Of a stretch of 32,000 nt of DNA, positions 17,484-25,439 are shown in pieces (positions within the stretch are counted from its first letter, which is position 1; every line of letters starts with the position of its first letter). Origin of the DNA: Burkholderiaceae bacterium (GTDB taxonomy: Bacteria; Pseudomonadota; Gammaproteobacteria; Burkholderiales; Burkholderiaceae). A program made the position numbers and the translations under genes. The DNA lies in assembly GCA_965234555.1 (NCBI GenBank), contig OZ248347.1, forward strand, positions 1,523,270 through 1,555,269, in the 5' to 3' direction. The notes beneath the pieces were generated by a model. That model was not told the origin of the DNA, did no database searches, and was given only the letters and a program-made list of their open reading frames with translations.

Positions 17484-18236
17484 ATGTCTGAAAAGGACAT
17501 AATCATCAGGCTGTTTAATGAGCGAGTTAGGGGCAGGCATCCTGAAACAACTTCATTTAATCAGCGTCACGATGGAAAGGTTGGGCATTGGCTTGAGAAA
17601 CAAATGGGTATTCATGCCAATAGCAGTAATACACCAGATTTATTTGGTTATGAAATGAAAAATGACACAACTTCTAAGACCACATTTGGGGATTGGTCCG
17701 CGAACTATTACATATTCAAGAGAAATAATCCTTATGGGCTTACTCGAAGTGACTTCCTTCGTATTTTTGGAAAACCAAATCCTCTAAAAAATGGACGTCA
17801 CTCTTGGTCAGGCGAACCCATACCATCAATAAAGGGGGTAAATAAGTTTGGGCAAAACTTATTCATAGATAGTGAAAATAATATTCACGCAAAGTATCAC
17901 TATTCAAAAGATGAACGACCAGACAAAGTCTCTATTGTTCCCTTTAGCTTGAGAATTGATGATTTGACAATAGCGCGATGGGATGCCGGTAAGCTTCAAA
18001 AAAAAGTTGAAAATAAATTTAATAAGATGGGTTGGTTTAAATGTTTACGGGATTCTACAGGCGCATACTCATCTATTGTGTTTGGTGACCCAATAAATTA
18101 TGAAACTTGGATTAGCTTAGTCAAAACTGGTGACATTTACTTTGATAGTGGTATGTATGAAGGTAACATAAGGCCTTATTCTCAATGGAGAGCTGATAAT
18201 GCTCTTTGGAACAAGCTCATAACGAGTAAACACTGA
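17484..18236 (+). CDS. type II restriction endonuclease candidate, MutH/BcnI/MvaI-like PD-(D/E)xK (250 aa)
   Basis: GHWLEKQMGI-x9-PDLFGYEMK resembles the MutH/Sau3AI/BcnI catalytic motif. Divergent from the methyltransferase and AT-rich. Confidence 0.7.
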   Translation: MSEKDIIIRLFNERVRGRHPETTSFNQRHDGKVGHWLEKQMGIHANSSNTPDLFGYEMKNDTTSKTTFGDWSANYYIFKRNNPYGLTRSDFLRIFGKPNPLKNGRHSWSGEPIPSIKGVNKFGQNLFIDSENNIHAKYHYSKDERPDKVSIVPFSLRIDDLTIARWDAGKLQKKVENKFNKMGWFKCLRDSTGAYSSIVFGDPINYETWISLVKTGDIYFDSGMYEGNIRPYSQWRADNALWNKLITSKH

Positions 18237-18247
18237 GGTAGATTAGT

Positions 18248-18781
18248 ATGATTCGCTGGACATATTTTCCTAAAAACAAACCTATTACTAAGCTAGGTTT
18301 TGAAATAGTCGAGGTATTTCAAAAGCATGAGGATACTATTTCATCCACATCCAATAATCACTTAATTGGGACCGGCACGACAGACTCTCATAGTAATAGT
18401 GTTTTAGAGAAGTTAGCTAAATCTTTGGCTAGTATAGGGTTTCAGGTAGAGACGGGAAAAAAGGCTTCCCAAAAAATTCATGTTCCTGTTCTTTATGGGG
18501 AGCAAGGTAAGCCCATCCAATCATTTGATGCTGATGCCTTCAATCCAAACGAAAAGTTTGTCCTTGAGGTAGAAGCTGGAAGAGCAGTTAGTAACTATCA
18601 ATTTCTTAAAGATTATTTTCAGGCTTGCGTAATGGTGGATGTTGACTATTTAGCAATTGCTGTCAGGCAGGTTTATAACAAACAAAAAGACTACGAAACA
18701 GTCTGTGGCTTCTTTGATACCTTGTATTCAAGTGGTCGCCTAAAAACAGAGTTAAAAGGTGTCTTGATTGTTGGATATTAA
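18248..18781 (+). CDS. second nuclease-like protein (177 aa) with a D...ExE motif
   Basis: FDADAF-x9-VLEVEAGR is reminiscent of BamHI/BglII-type PD-(D/E)xK sites; starts 12 nt after the upstream R gene. Confidence 0.45.
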   Translation: MIRWTYFPKNKPITKLGFEIVEVFQKHEDTISSTSNNHLIGTGTTDSHSNSVLEKLAKSLASIGFQVETGKKASQKIHVPVLYGEQGKPIQSFDADAFNPNEKFVLEVEAGRAVSNYQFLKDYFQACVMVDVDYLAIAVRQVYNKQKDYETVCGFFDTLYSSGRLKTELKGVLIVGY

Positions 18782-18962
18782 GACTCTCTAAATATCTCTT
18801 ATGGTAATTGTATTTTTATTATTTTTAATCTGATTTAATTTTTTGACAAACGCTGGAACTAAAAATTTTTAATTTTTTTCTTGTGAATTGTTATTAAATA
18901 GGCTGAGGCTCATCTGGTGATCTTTTAATCCCCTATGCTTAGGATACTTTATGGGAGGATCT

Positions 18963-19118
18963 ATGAAAAAACGTCTTTATAGCTTAGGTTTTGGGATCGC
19001 ATTTGTATCTTCTTTGTTTCTAAGTCAGGCAGTATTAGCCTGTACCACTCAAACCCTAATAGTAGGTGGCAAGATGACCGTGTGTACTGTCTGCGGCACA
19101 GTTGTGTCTTGTATGTAA
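18963..19118 (+). CDS. small lipoprotein (51 aa precursor, lipobox VLAC; mature peptide has 4 Cys)
   Basis: Translated by hand; GGGAGG RBS; below the ORF-track size cut-off. Confidence 0.5.
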   Translation: MKKRLYSLGFGIAFVSSLFLSQAVLACTTQTLIVGGKMTVCTVCGTVVSCM

Positions 19119-19128
19119 GGAGGTTCTT

Positions 19129-19452
19129 ATGAGATTCTTATTTTTAATCGCTGGGTTGGCCGTATTGCCCGTACAAGCACAAATCACATTCTTTAATGAT
19201 TCTTTGGGCATGCCACTGGGCACAGCCAATCAAGTAGGTAACACCACGTTTTACAGCGATGCCATGGGGTTACCTTTGGGCACAGCACAAACCATTGGTA
19301 ATACAACCTTTTATAGCAACAGTCTTGGCTTGCCGTTGGGTACGGCGAATACTCCACAACCTATCCCTTCATACACGCCCCGCTACGGTCCGCCGTCGTC
19401 TCCAACTTTTCCTACAGCGCCACTATTTCCAACCAGTCCTCGTGGTATGTGA
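19129..19452 (+). CDS. secreted tandem-repeat protein (three repeats of about 20 aa, GNTTFYSxxxGxPLGTA, plus a Pro-rich tail)
   Basis: ORF track 19102..19452, start moved to the ATG at 19129 behind an AAGGAGG RBS; signal peptide ..PVQAQ. Confidence 0.6.
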   Translation: MRFLFLIAGLAVLPVQAQITFFNDSLGMPLGTANQVGNTTFYSDAMGLPLGTAQTIGNTTFYSNSLGLPLGTANTPQPIPSYTPRYGPPSSPTFPTAPLFPTSPRGM

Positions 19453-19501
19453 TGATTTATATTTAGATTATGTGAACACTTGCTGAACGCAGATTAAAGA
19501 A

Positions 19502-19870
19502 ATGAGCCAGAAAAAGTACAAAGTAGTTACCCATGAGGCCAATTACACCCCACCTGATTTTGGCTCACTACTTCCAGTTAATGAATTTGATACAGCGGAA
19601 GAAGCAATCAAGTGCCTCAAGCAAGTCATAGATAAGCAACTATTAGCATCCCTAAATGAAGGGAAAACACCTAAAGACACATATGACTTATTTTCTCTTT
19701 ATGGTGAGATTCCCATTATTGAAGGGGAACCAAGGGTGTATGTACATCCTTTTGAATATGCTAAAAAGAGAATTCAGGAGCTGGCCTATCTGAAGATCAT
19801 AAAAAAAATTGATGATCATATGTACCTAAAAGAACAAGAAAATTTGAAGTCAATCAAAAAAGATGATTGA
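19502..19870 (+). CDS. hypothetical protein (122 aa)
   Basis: ORF track; no family recognised. Confidence 0.5.
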   Translation: MSQKKYKVVTHEANYTPPDFGSLLPVNEFDTAEEAIKCLKQVIDKQLLASLNEGKTPKDTYDLFSLYGEIPIIEGEPRVYVHPFEYAKKRIQELAYLKIIKKIDDHMYLKEQENLKSIKKDD

Positions 19871-19991
19871 TAATTACTAGATTTTGATATAGACTGAAAG
19901 TACATCAAGAGATGGCTTTGTCGCCACAGCAACCTGCTAACGCAGTAAGGTGCTAAAAAGATGAGACTCTATACGAGTAATCAAAAGCGAC

Positions 19992-20016
19992 AAACCCGTC
20001 TTTTGGCGGGTTTTTT
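19992..20016 (+). terminator. hairpin AAACCCG-loop-CGGGTTT + T tract
   Basis: Read directly; lies inside the 5' extension of ORF 19961..20770, which argues for the later start. Confidence 0.5.
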
Positions 20017-20083
20017 ATTGGGCGGATTTATTCCTACTTGCCATGCCCAGACAGGTGTCGAAATAGCTAAATTGGAGAAAGAA

Positions 20084-20770
20084 ATGAAAACTAATCACTT
20101 TGCTTTTTATCGTAAACGCATCCGCCAACCCCAAGAAAAGATTGCTGAAATACTAAATGTTCCATTAGATGTCTATATTGAATTTGAGGAGAACAAACGA
20201 GAGTCGTCTCAGCGGGTTAAAGAAGCTTTTGATTCTTTGTTAGCTCGCTTTCCCGGCAGCACAGATTTGTCATCATTAAAGATGCCTGCTATTGACCGGT
20301 ACAAAGCGGATTACCTATTTAAAACTGGTAAACAGCCTACAGGTAAGCATTGGATTCCATTTTCGTTCGCAACAAGCAAAAGAACGCTGGTTGATTTCAG
20401 TCCTTACGATGATGATTTAAATAAGGGAGTTATTAAGACTGAAGCAGAAATGAATCAATGGATCAATGAGCATGACTTACCTCCAATGATCACACCTGAA
20501 TACTTTAATCACCTAACCACACTGAATAATCGAGAGCTTCAAGAAGAGGCAGAATTTTGGGATAGATTTTATACAGCTCAGCATTATGGGAAATATAAGT
20601 CGAGAACAACACCAAAAGAACTTGAGGAGCAAATTAGGAGGAAAAGTGAGCAAACTAGAACGTATTGGATTAATAGAGTTCATAGTGTGCTGTTAAAACT
20701 ATTCGCAGGGCTAATTATTCTATGGGCTATTGCTTATCTAATTTTATGGTTAGATAGGTATAAACTTTAA
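20084..20770 (+). CDS. membrane-anchored protein with a weak N-terminal HTH-like segment and a C-terminal TM helix (228 aa)
   Basis: ORF track 19961..20770, start moved to the ATG at 20084 (GGAGAAAGAA RBS). C-terminal LLKLFAGLIILWAIAYLILWL. Confidence 0.5.
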   Translation: MKTNHFAFYRKRIRQPQEKIAEILNVPLDVYIEFEENKRESSQRVKEAFDSLLARFPGSTDLSSLKMPAIDRYKADYLFKTGKQPTGKHWIPFSFATSKRTLVDFSPYDDDLNKGVIKTEAEMNQWINEHDLPPMITPEYFNHLTTLNNRELQEEAEFWDRFYTAQHYGKYKSRTTPKELEEQIRRKSEQTRTYWINRVHSVLLKLFAGLIILWAIAYLILWLDRYKL

Positions 20771-20771
20771 T

Positions 20772-20788
20772 TGTCGTTTTAAACGACG
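20772..20788. repeat. PAL-7: TGTCGTTTTAAACGACG (1 mismatch)
   Basis: Read directly; begins 2 nt after the stop of the upstream CDS. Confidence 0.85.
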
Positions 20789-20815
20789 TTATAAATCGAG
20801 GTTATAGCTCATACT

Positions 20816-21079
20816 ATGAGCCACAATAACTTTATTCTTCCTAGAGAATCAGCTTTTTTTAAGTCGGGAGAACCCATGAGTAATGTTGAAATTCTAGGAA
20901 AATTCAAGTGCCAGCCTATTAAAGTTAGATTGCGAGATGAACTCAATCCATTTAATCAATTGAAATCCAAAACAACAGCTCTTCCCTTAACTTATACAGA
21001 TTTAGTCTATGAGCGCGATGTCACAGATCAAAATCTCACTAACTACGAAGGCTCTATGAATAAGTTAAAAACGAAATAA
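20816..21079 (+). CDS. hypothetical protein (87 aa; alternative start at 20876)
   Basis: ORF track. Confidence 0.4.
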   Translation: MSHNNFILPRESAFFKSGEPMSNVEILGKFKCQPIKVRLRDELNPFNQLKSKTTALPLTYTDLVYERDVTDQNLTNYEGSMNKLKTK

Positions 21080-21110
21080 ACAAAAGATTAATTAATTTAT
21101 CAAGGCACAC

Positions 21111-21608
21111 ATGAGAGAACTTTCACACCTTTTTACCAGAGAAACCCCAAGACAAATCATTCTTGAAGACTTCAAGATTGATCTTCCAATCACTGGCAGC
21201 TGGGGGTATGACTTTGAATCAGCCTGCGTTATTGATAAAAATGATCCGATAGTAAACCAAACTATTCCATTTAATGGTGTGAGCATTGAATATATATTTG
21301 TTGAAAAACGAATATACGAGGAGATGATTATTTTCCGCGAGGCTAATGAAAAATTCTCAGGCATTAGGTGGGATCTAGAAAAACAAGAGCTTGTCTTTCA
21401 AAATGAAAAGCCTTACGACAAGCTTACTTTTAAGGTTGTAGGCTTTGCTGATGAGGTGTGGGACGAGCTAACAAGGCGTTTTGAAGAACTCAAAAATAAA
21501 GGTCAATTAGATCTACTTCCTGAATTAGACGCCTATAGGGATTCGAAAGCCTATAGATTTACTAGAGAGTATTACTTTGATATTTCAAGCTTTTATGGTC
21601 AGCCGTGA
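21111..21608 (+). CDS. hypothetical protein (165 aa)
   Basis: ORF track. Confidence 0.5.
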   Translation: MRELSHLFTRETPRQIILEDFKIDLPITGSWGYDFESACVIDKNDPIVNQTIPFNGVSIEYIFVEKRIYEEMIIFREANEKFSGIRWDLEKQELVFQNEKPYDKLTFKVVGFADEVWDELTRRFEELKNKGQLDLLPELDAYRDSKAYRFTREYYFDISSFYGQP

Positions 21609-21635
21609 TCTGGTTTGCCCACCAAGATATGCGAC

Positions 21636-21652
21636 TGTCATTTAAAACGACA
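21636..21652. repeat. PAL-8: TGTCATTTAAAACGACA (1 mismatch, centre A)
   Basis: Read directly. Confidence 0.85.
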
Positions 21653-21684
21653 CATTCCATAACCTCACGGATGGGATATTCCCC
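21653..21684 (+). repeat. R-box copy (CATTCCATAACCTCACGGATGGGATATTCCCC)
   Basis: Near-identical to 23936-23966 and similar to 26928-26957; always immediately right of a PAL. Confidence 0.85.
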
Positions 21685-21699
21685 AGTTTGAGCTTGGCT

Positions 21700-21730
21700 G
21701 GGGCGGAATCGAACCAGGGCCGAGGATGTC
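21700..21730 (-). repeat. L-box copy; minus strand reads like a tRNA T-loop plus 3' acceptor remnant (..GGTTCGATTCCGCCCC)
   Basis: Similar to 22788-22823 and 23863-23901. Confidence 0.75.
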
Positions 21731-21869
21731 TGATCCACCCAACTAATTTACCCCTAAATCACCCACTTTGAGGAGATAGGATATGGTTGGTAGGCTTTTA
21801 GCCATCACACCCTGCTTGCATAATGAAAGGCTTGTGTTTCATATTCAATCGATGGGTTAGTGCTACCAG

Positions 21870-22691
21870 CTATTTTTTTAGATTTTGTTTTAAAAACATG
21901 GCTACTGCATCACGTGCATTTGTTGCGTCATATGTATTGTCATGACCCGTACCGCCAAGCTCAAGCGTTGTTAGCGATCCATCCATCCTTCCGTTTGAAC
22001 ATCTTGATTTTGCTTGTCCAAACCAAGGATCGATACTATATGAGATTACAAGACTCCTTACACCCTGTTCAAATCCAATACCCGTAAAACAAAAACCGCT
22101 TGATAAAACTATTCCGCGTATACCTTCTATCTGGGTTCGAGCAAGGGCCTCTGCACCTTCACTGTGTCCCATAAAAAATATGTTATCAACATCTACCCAT
22201 GATAATTTTTTAAGCTCAAGCATTGCATACGCAATCTCTTGTTCTCTATAAGGAATAGCCATTGGAAAATTATTTGTTACCGAATTAGTACGGGAGTCGC
22301 AATTTGAAATTCTTTTTGGCCTAGCAAAGCTATCTGGCAGTATCACGACAAATCCGAGATTAGCAATATATTGCCCCCATTGTTGATCATGATAAGACTG
22401 TATGCCTGCACAACCATGAAGATAGATAGCCACAGGATATTTTTGGTCTAATTTTATATTTTTGATTCTTTTTGCAAAATTACTTTCTGGAATAAAAACC
22501 ATAGCTTTATCCCAGCTATTTTCAATGCCCTTGTCCATATGAATTTTTCCTGCAGCCCTATCTTTTGCTAATTGCTCGATATACCTATCCCCATCGGCTA
22601 TAGATTCAGACCCTGGTGGCTCCTCAAGAGCATGACTACTAAATGTCAAAAATAATAGTGCTGAAAATAATAGCTTTAAGGAAAGTTTCAT
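21870..22691 (-). CDS. secreted alpha/beta hydrolase (dienelactone-hydrolase-like), 273 aa
   Basis: Signal peptide; nucleophile elbow GHSEGA. Confidence 0.7.
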   Translation of the reverse strand: MKLSLKLLFSALLFLTFSSHALEEPPGSESIADGDRYIEQLAKDRAAGKIHMDKGIENSWDKAMVFIPESNFAKRIKNIKLDQKYPVAIYLHGCAGIQSYHDQQWGQYIANLGFVVILPDSFARPKRISNCDSRTNSVTNNFPMAIPYREQEIAYAMLELKKLSWVDVDNIFFMGHSEGAEALARTQIEGIRGIVLSSGFCFTGIGFEQGVRSLVISYSIDPWFGQAKSRCSNGRMDGSLTTLELGGTGHDNTYDATNARDAVAMFLKQNLKK

Positions 22692-22787
22692 ATTTTTCTA
22701 ATATTTTTATTGAGGTTATTTAACTTTAACATTCAAATTTGATTAAGAATGAACAAATCATCTCAAGCTAGTTATGATGTTTCTTGC

Positions 22788-22823
22788 GTGGCCCGAGGCA
22801 AAATCAGCTTGGGCTGAGCATGC
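22788..22823 (-). repeat. L-box copy (diverged)
   Basis: About 30 of 36 positions match 23865-23900 by hand alignment. Confidence 0.7.
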
Positions 22824-22840
22824 TCATCGCGTGCTTATTC

Positions 22841-22857
22841 TGTCGTTTTAAACCACA
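22841..22857. repeat. PAL-9: TGTCGTTTTAAACCACA (1 mismatch)
   Basis: Read directly; followed by a degenerate R-box (..GCACAGGGATGGAACATC..). Confidence 0.85.
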
Positions 22858-23007
22858 TCTACTGGCACAGGGATGGAACATCTTTGTAGCTCCCCCCACC
22901 GCTACATGAAGCCTTGCTTTAAAGAACATTACTTAATTGCGCTCAATAAATTAACCAGGCCGCGAAAATAAGATTACGTCTAAGTAATCGTAAATGTAAA
23001 ATCTGTA

Positions 23008-23682
23008 ATGAAAATTATTACTAATTCAATATCAAATGATCTTATGCTAAAAAATTTATTTGTGATCATTGTTTCTTGTGCCTTGATAGGCTGCTCTGCA
23101 ACGATGGGGCCAAGTGGGGATCAAACTAGGCCTGGCATTATTGTATTACCCACAAGCGGCGGCGTTCATCATGAGAATTCTTATGCCTCACAACTCAGCA
23201 GAAAAGGTTTTCAGGTAGTGGTTGCTGACTACCATCAACGCGGTGGCACAGACAATATAACCTTAGCCTATGATGCTCTCCGTAAAGATCCTCGAGTTGG
23301 AAAAATTGGAATGGTTGGGTTTAGTCGTGGAGCAGTTATGGGCGCAAATCATGCTTATTTTCTCCACCAAAACAGCGATCGAAAAATTGATGCGATTGTG
23401 AGTTTTTATATTGGGCCCACAACGCCACATGCTAATACATCAATACTGCCGATATTATTTTTACAAGGTGAATTAGATAATTATGTTAAGCCAAATCAAT
23501 TGATACAGTTTTGTAACGCTTTGGATGCCAGCGGCAAGCGTTGTAAGGTAAAAGAGTTTAAAAATGTGGGGCACGCTTTTGATCAAACGAGAACCCTGCC
23601 AATTTATTCAGGCTTTAATCGCGAGGCTACTGAAGATTCCTATGATCTAACCATACAATGGCTTAATCAGTGGCTTAAATAA
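23008..23682 (+). CDS. lipoprotein alpha/beta hydrolase (dienelactone-hydrolase family), 224 aa
   Basis: Lipobox LIGC; nucleophile elbow GFSRGA; C-terminal GHAF. Confidence 0.7.
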   Translation: MKIITNSISNDLMLKNLFVIIVSCALIGCSATMGPSGDQTRPGIIVLPTSGGVHHENSYASQLSRKGFQVVVADYHQRGGTDNITLAYDALRKDPRVGKIGMVGFSRGAVMGANHAYFLHQNSDRKIDAIVSFYIGPTTPHANTSILPILFLQGELDNYVKPNQLIQFCNALDASGKRCKVKEFKNVGHAFDQTRTLPIYSGFNREATEDSYDLTIQWLNQWLK

Positions 23683-23711
23683 TTACTTTTGTTGTGCCGA
23701 CTATCAAAAAA

Positions 23712-23728
23712 TATCGTTTTAAACGACA
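23712..23728. repeat. PAL-10: TATCGTTTTAAACGACA (1 mismatch)
   Basis: Read directly. Confidence 0.85.
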
Positions 23729-23756
23729 TCGACTGACATAAGGATGAATAATTGAC

Positions 23757-23775
23757 GCGTCCTTTTAAAGGACGC
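23757..23775. repeat. variant palindrome GCGTCCTTTTAAAGGACGC (different arms, same TTTTAAA centre)
   Basis: Perfect 9-1-9 palindrome read directly, inside the gene-less PAL-10 to PAL-11 interval. Confidence 0.8.
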
Positions 23776-23862
23776 TTCATGATGGGGATATCCGGCTCTA
23801 ATGGCGTCTAAGCCTACCAAGCCCAAAAGAAAATAGCCCAACAAGTGGGCTATTGAGATTCT

Positions 23863-23901
23863 TGGTGGCCCGGGGCGGAATCAACTAGGGCTGAGGATGC
23901 C
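23863..23901 (-). repeat. L-box copy; minus strand ends ..GATTCCGCCCCGGGCCACCA (T-loop end, T-stem, 7-nt acceptor strand, A, CCA)
   Basis: The spacing is exactly that of a tRNA 3' end. The T-stem 5' strand does not pair, so this is a remnant and not a gene. Confidence 0.7.
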
Positions 23902-23918
23902 TAACTCTAACTCTAGAC

Positions 23919-23935
23919 TGTCGTTTTAAACGACA
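23919..23935. repeat. PAL-11: TGTCGTTTTAAACGACA (perfect)
   Basis: Read directly; flanked by an L-box on the left and an R-box on the right. Confidence 0.95.
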
Positions 23936-23966
23936 AATTCCATAACCTCACGGATGAGATATTCCC
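23936..23966 (+). repeat. R-box copy
   Basis: AATTCCATAACCTCACGGATGAGATATTCCC; continues into a promoter-like block homologous to 26958-27010. Confidence 0.85.
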
Positions 23967-24019
23967 ATGGTTGGGCATGGCTGGCTCTTGAGACCTTTTG
24001 ACCTTATAATTACTAGTTC

Positions 24020-24050
24020 GGCGAATTAGCTCAGCTGGTTAGAGCGACGG
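24020..24050 (+). pseudogene. tRNA-Met 5' fragment (positions 1-31) with the island-borne upstream block
   Basis: 31/31 identity to 27011-27041; the upstream ~85 nt is homologous to 26928-27010. Confidence 0.9.
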
Positions 24051-24065
24051 GATCCGACTCCGAAC

Positions 24066-24455
24066 CTACAAAAGCGGTTGAACAAACGCAAACCATCCAC
24101 CTATCATTAATAAGCTAAGGCTAATCCAATAAATTCGTTCTGAGAATTTCCGTGTTTTTAAGCAGGCATCACGCATCTTAGGATCAATCGGACATGGGGC
24201 ATTTCGATTACGCCACTGCAATATGCCGCCAATGAGCATCAAACCACTACTTAATGCAAATATCGCCTCTTTATGCTCGCTAATCCACACAATCTTTGGA
24301 AATACAGATACTAAAGAGGCGAGCGTTGCCCCCGCACCCAAACTGACCAGGAGTGCGGGGATGGCACAGCAAATGAGGGTACTCGAACTCGCAAAGAGGC
24401 TAATTAAAGAACTGATATAGCTTGTCTTTGTTTCATTCAAGCCGTCTTGACTCAT
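24066..24455 (-). CDS. MerT-like heavy-metal transport membrane protein (copy 2)
   Basis: 129 aa; same CC and C..C motifs as copy 1. Confidence 0.6.
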   Translation of the reverse strand: MSQDGLNETKTSYISSLISLFASSSTLICCAIPALLVSLGAGATLASLVSVFPKIVWISEHKEAIFALSSGLMLIGGILQWRNRNAPCPIDPKMRDACLKTRKFSERIYWISLSLLMIGGWFAFVQPLL

Positions 24456-24778
24456 TTTTTATCCTTCTGCTGAGCCCTAAACTGGGCAACTGTCTGGGAG
24501 ATCGTTTCAATCTTGACCACGTCGTAGCCTGAGTCTTTAATCTCTTGACTAATCAGCTTCTCGTTTAAGGTTTTACCTTCCTTTGCCTCAACGACCACTA
24601 CTTTATTTTTGAGATCCACAAAAACGGCTTTGGTCTCATCCATCTTTGAAATACTTTTTTCAATACCTTGGGCACAAAACGAGCAAACCATGCCATTGAC
24701 AGTGACCTTCATGCTTGCCAGTGCGGTCTGACTCAAACCCATTAATGCGATTGCGATGATTAAGTTGATCTGTTTCAT
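24452..24778 (-). CDS. periplasmic HMA-domain protein (copy 2)
   Basis: 108 aa, GMVCSFC; 6 differences from copy 1. Confidence 0.85.
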   Translation of the reverse strand: MKQINLIIAIALMGLSQTALASMKVTVNGMVCSFCAQGIEKSISKMDETKAVFVDLKNKVVVVEAKEGKTLNEKLISQEIKDSGYDVVKIETISQTVAQFRAQQKDKK

Positions 24779-24788
24779 CTTGATTCTC

Positions 24789-25439
24789 CTAATAGTTATA
24801 CATAAAGTTAAAACGCAGTTGTCCTGATAAATTGGCGCCTGCCTCTACAAAGTACCGTTTATGAATGACCCTTACCATCGGGGTGAACTCATACTGCTTA
24901 GAAACAAAGGTCATACGCCTTGCCTCAACCACGATCCAGGGCTGAGGCTCATCGTAGTCAGCCTCATAAAAGGAGGCGCCCAAACGAGCCGTAGTGATAT
25001 TGCTCGTGGCCCCCTGTGCCGCATAGACCCGGGCTGATGCCATGGAATAAAAGCGGGTAGTCTCATAATCCACCTGAATACCGGGTGACGCCATGGCTTT
25101 TGAGCCACCAAAGGTATTTCCGGTTGTAGAGCCAAGGCCGCCAATAAACCAGATATTGGCTTGAGCCTCTGGCAGATTCCAGCGCGCTACCTTGCGGGTG
25201 TAAACCGCTTCAAGATTTTGCTGTTTTGACACAGAGTTATCCGTTTGCATAGCGCTTGCTGAAATTCCAAATGCATCGTTTGCGGTAGTGGCATAGTTCA
25301 AGCCAAACTCCTGATAGGTTTTACTAAAGTCACCCATCAGCATCCAGCTGTTCTTAAACCCCATCGGTGCCGCAAATGAATTTGAGACAGCTCCCACCAC
25401 TAGCAGAAAAAAACTCGCCAGACTAATCGCTTGCTTCAT
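24789..25439 (-). CDS. putative outer-membrane beta-barrel protein (copy 2)
   Basis: 216 aa; mature part nearly identical to copy 1. Confidence 0.55.
   Translation of the reverse strand: MKQAISLASFFLLVVGAVSNSFAAPMGFKNSWMLMGDFSKTYQEFGLNYATTANDAFGISASAMQTDNSVSKQQNLEAVYTRKVARWNLPEAQANIWFIGGLGSTTGNTFGGSKAMASPGIQVDYETTRFYSMASARVYAAQGATSNITTARLGASFYEADYDEPQPWIVVEARRMTFVSKQYEFTPMVRVIHKRYFVEAGANLSGQLRFNFMYNY

Noticed and set aside
18248-18781. The 177-aa protein as a Vsr very-short-patch repair endonuclease accompanying the Dcm-like methylase
   Set aside because: The sequence shows none of the Vsr features I remember (the N-terminal ..SKNM.. segment and the His/Cys zinc site). It has a D...ExE pattern instead.
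23863-23940. An intact reverse-strand tRNA gene at the L-box, with PAL as its anticodon arm
   Set aside because: Only the last ~26 nt fit a tRNA. The T-stem 5' strand does not pair. The gap between the T arm and PAL (28 nt) is too long for a variable arm. No D arm or 5' acceptor strand (GGCCCGG) is found beyond PAL.
23981-24010. A full sigma-70 promoter call for the island-borne tRNA upstream block
   Set aside because: The -10 hexamer is a perfect TATAAT, but no convincing -35 lies at 16-18 nt spacing. TTGAGA and TTGACC are wrongly spaced. Only the -10 is reported, at low confidence.
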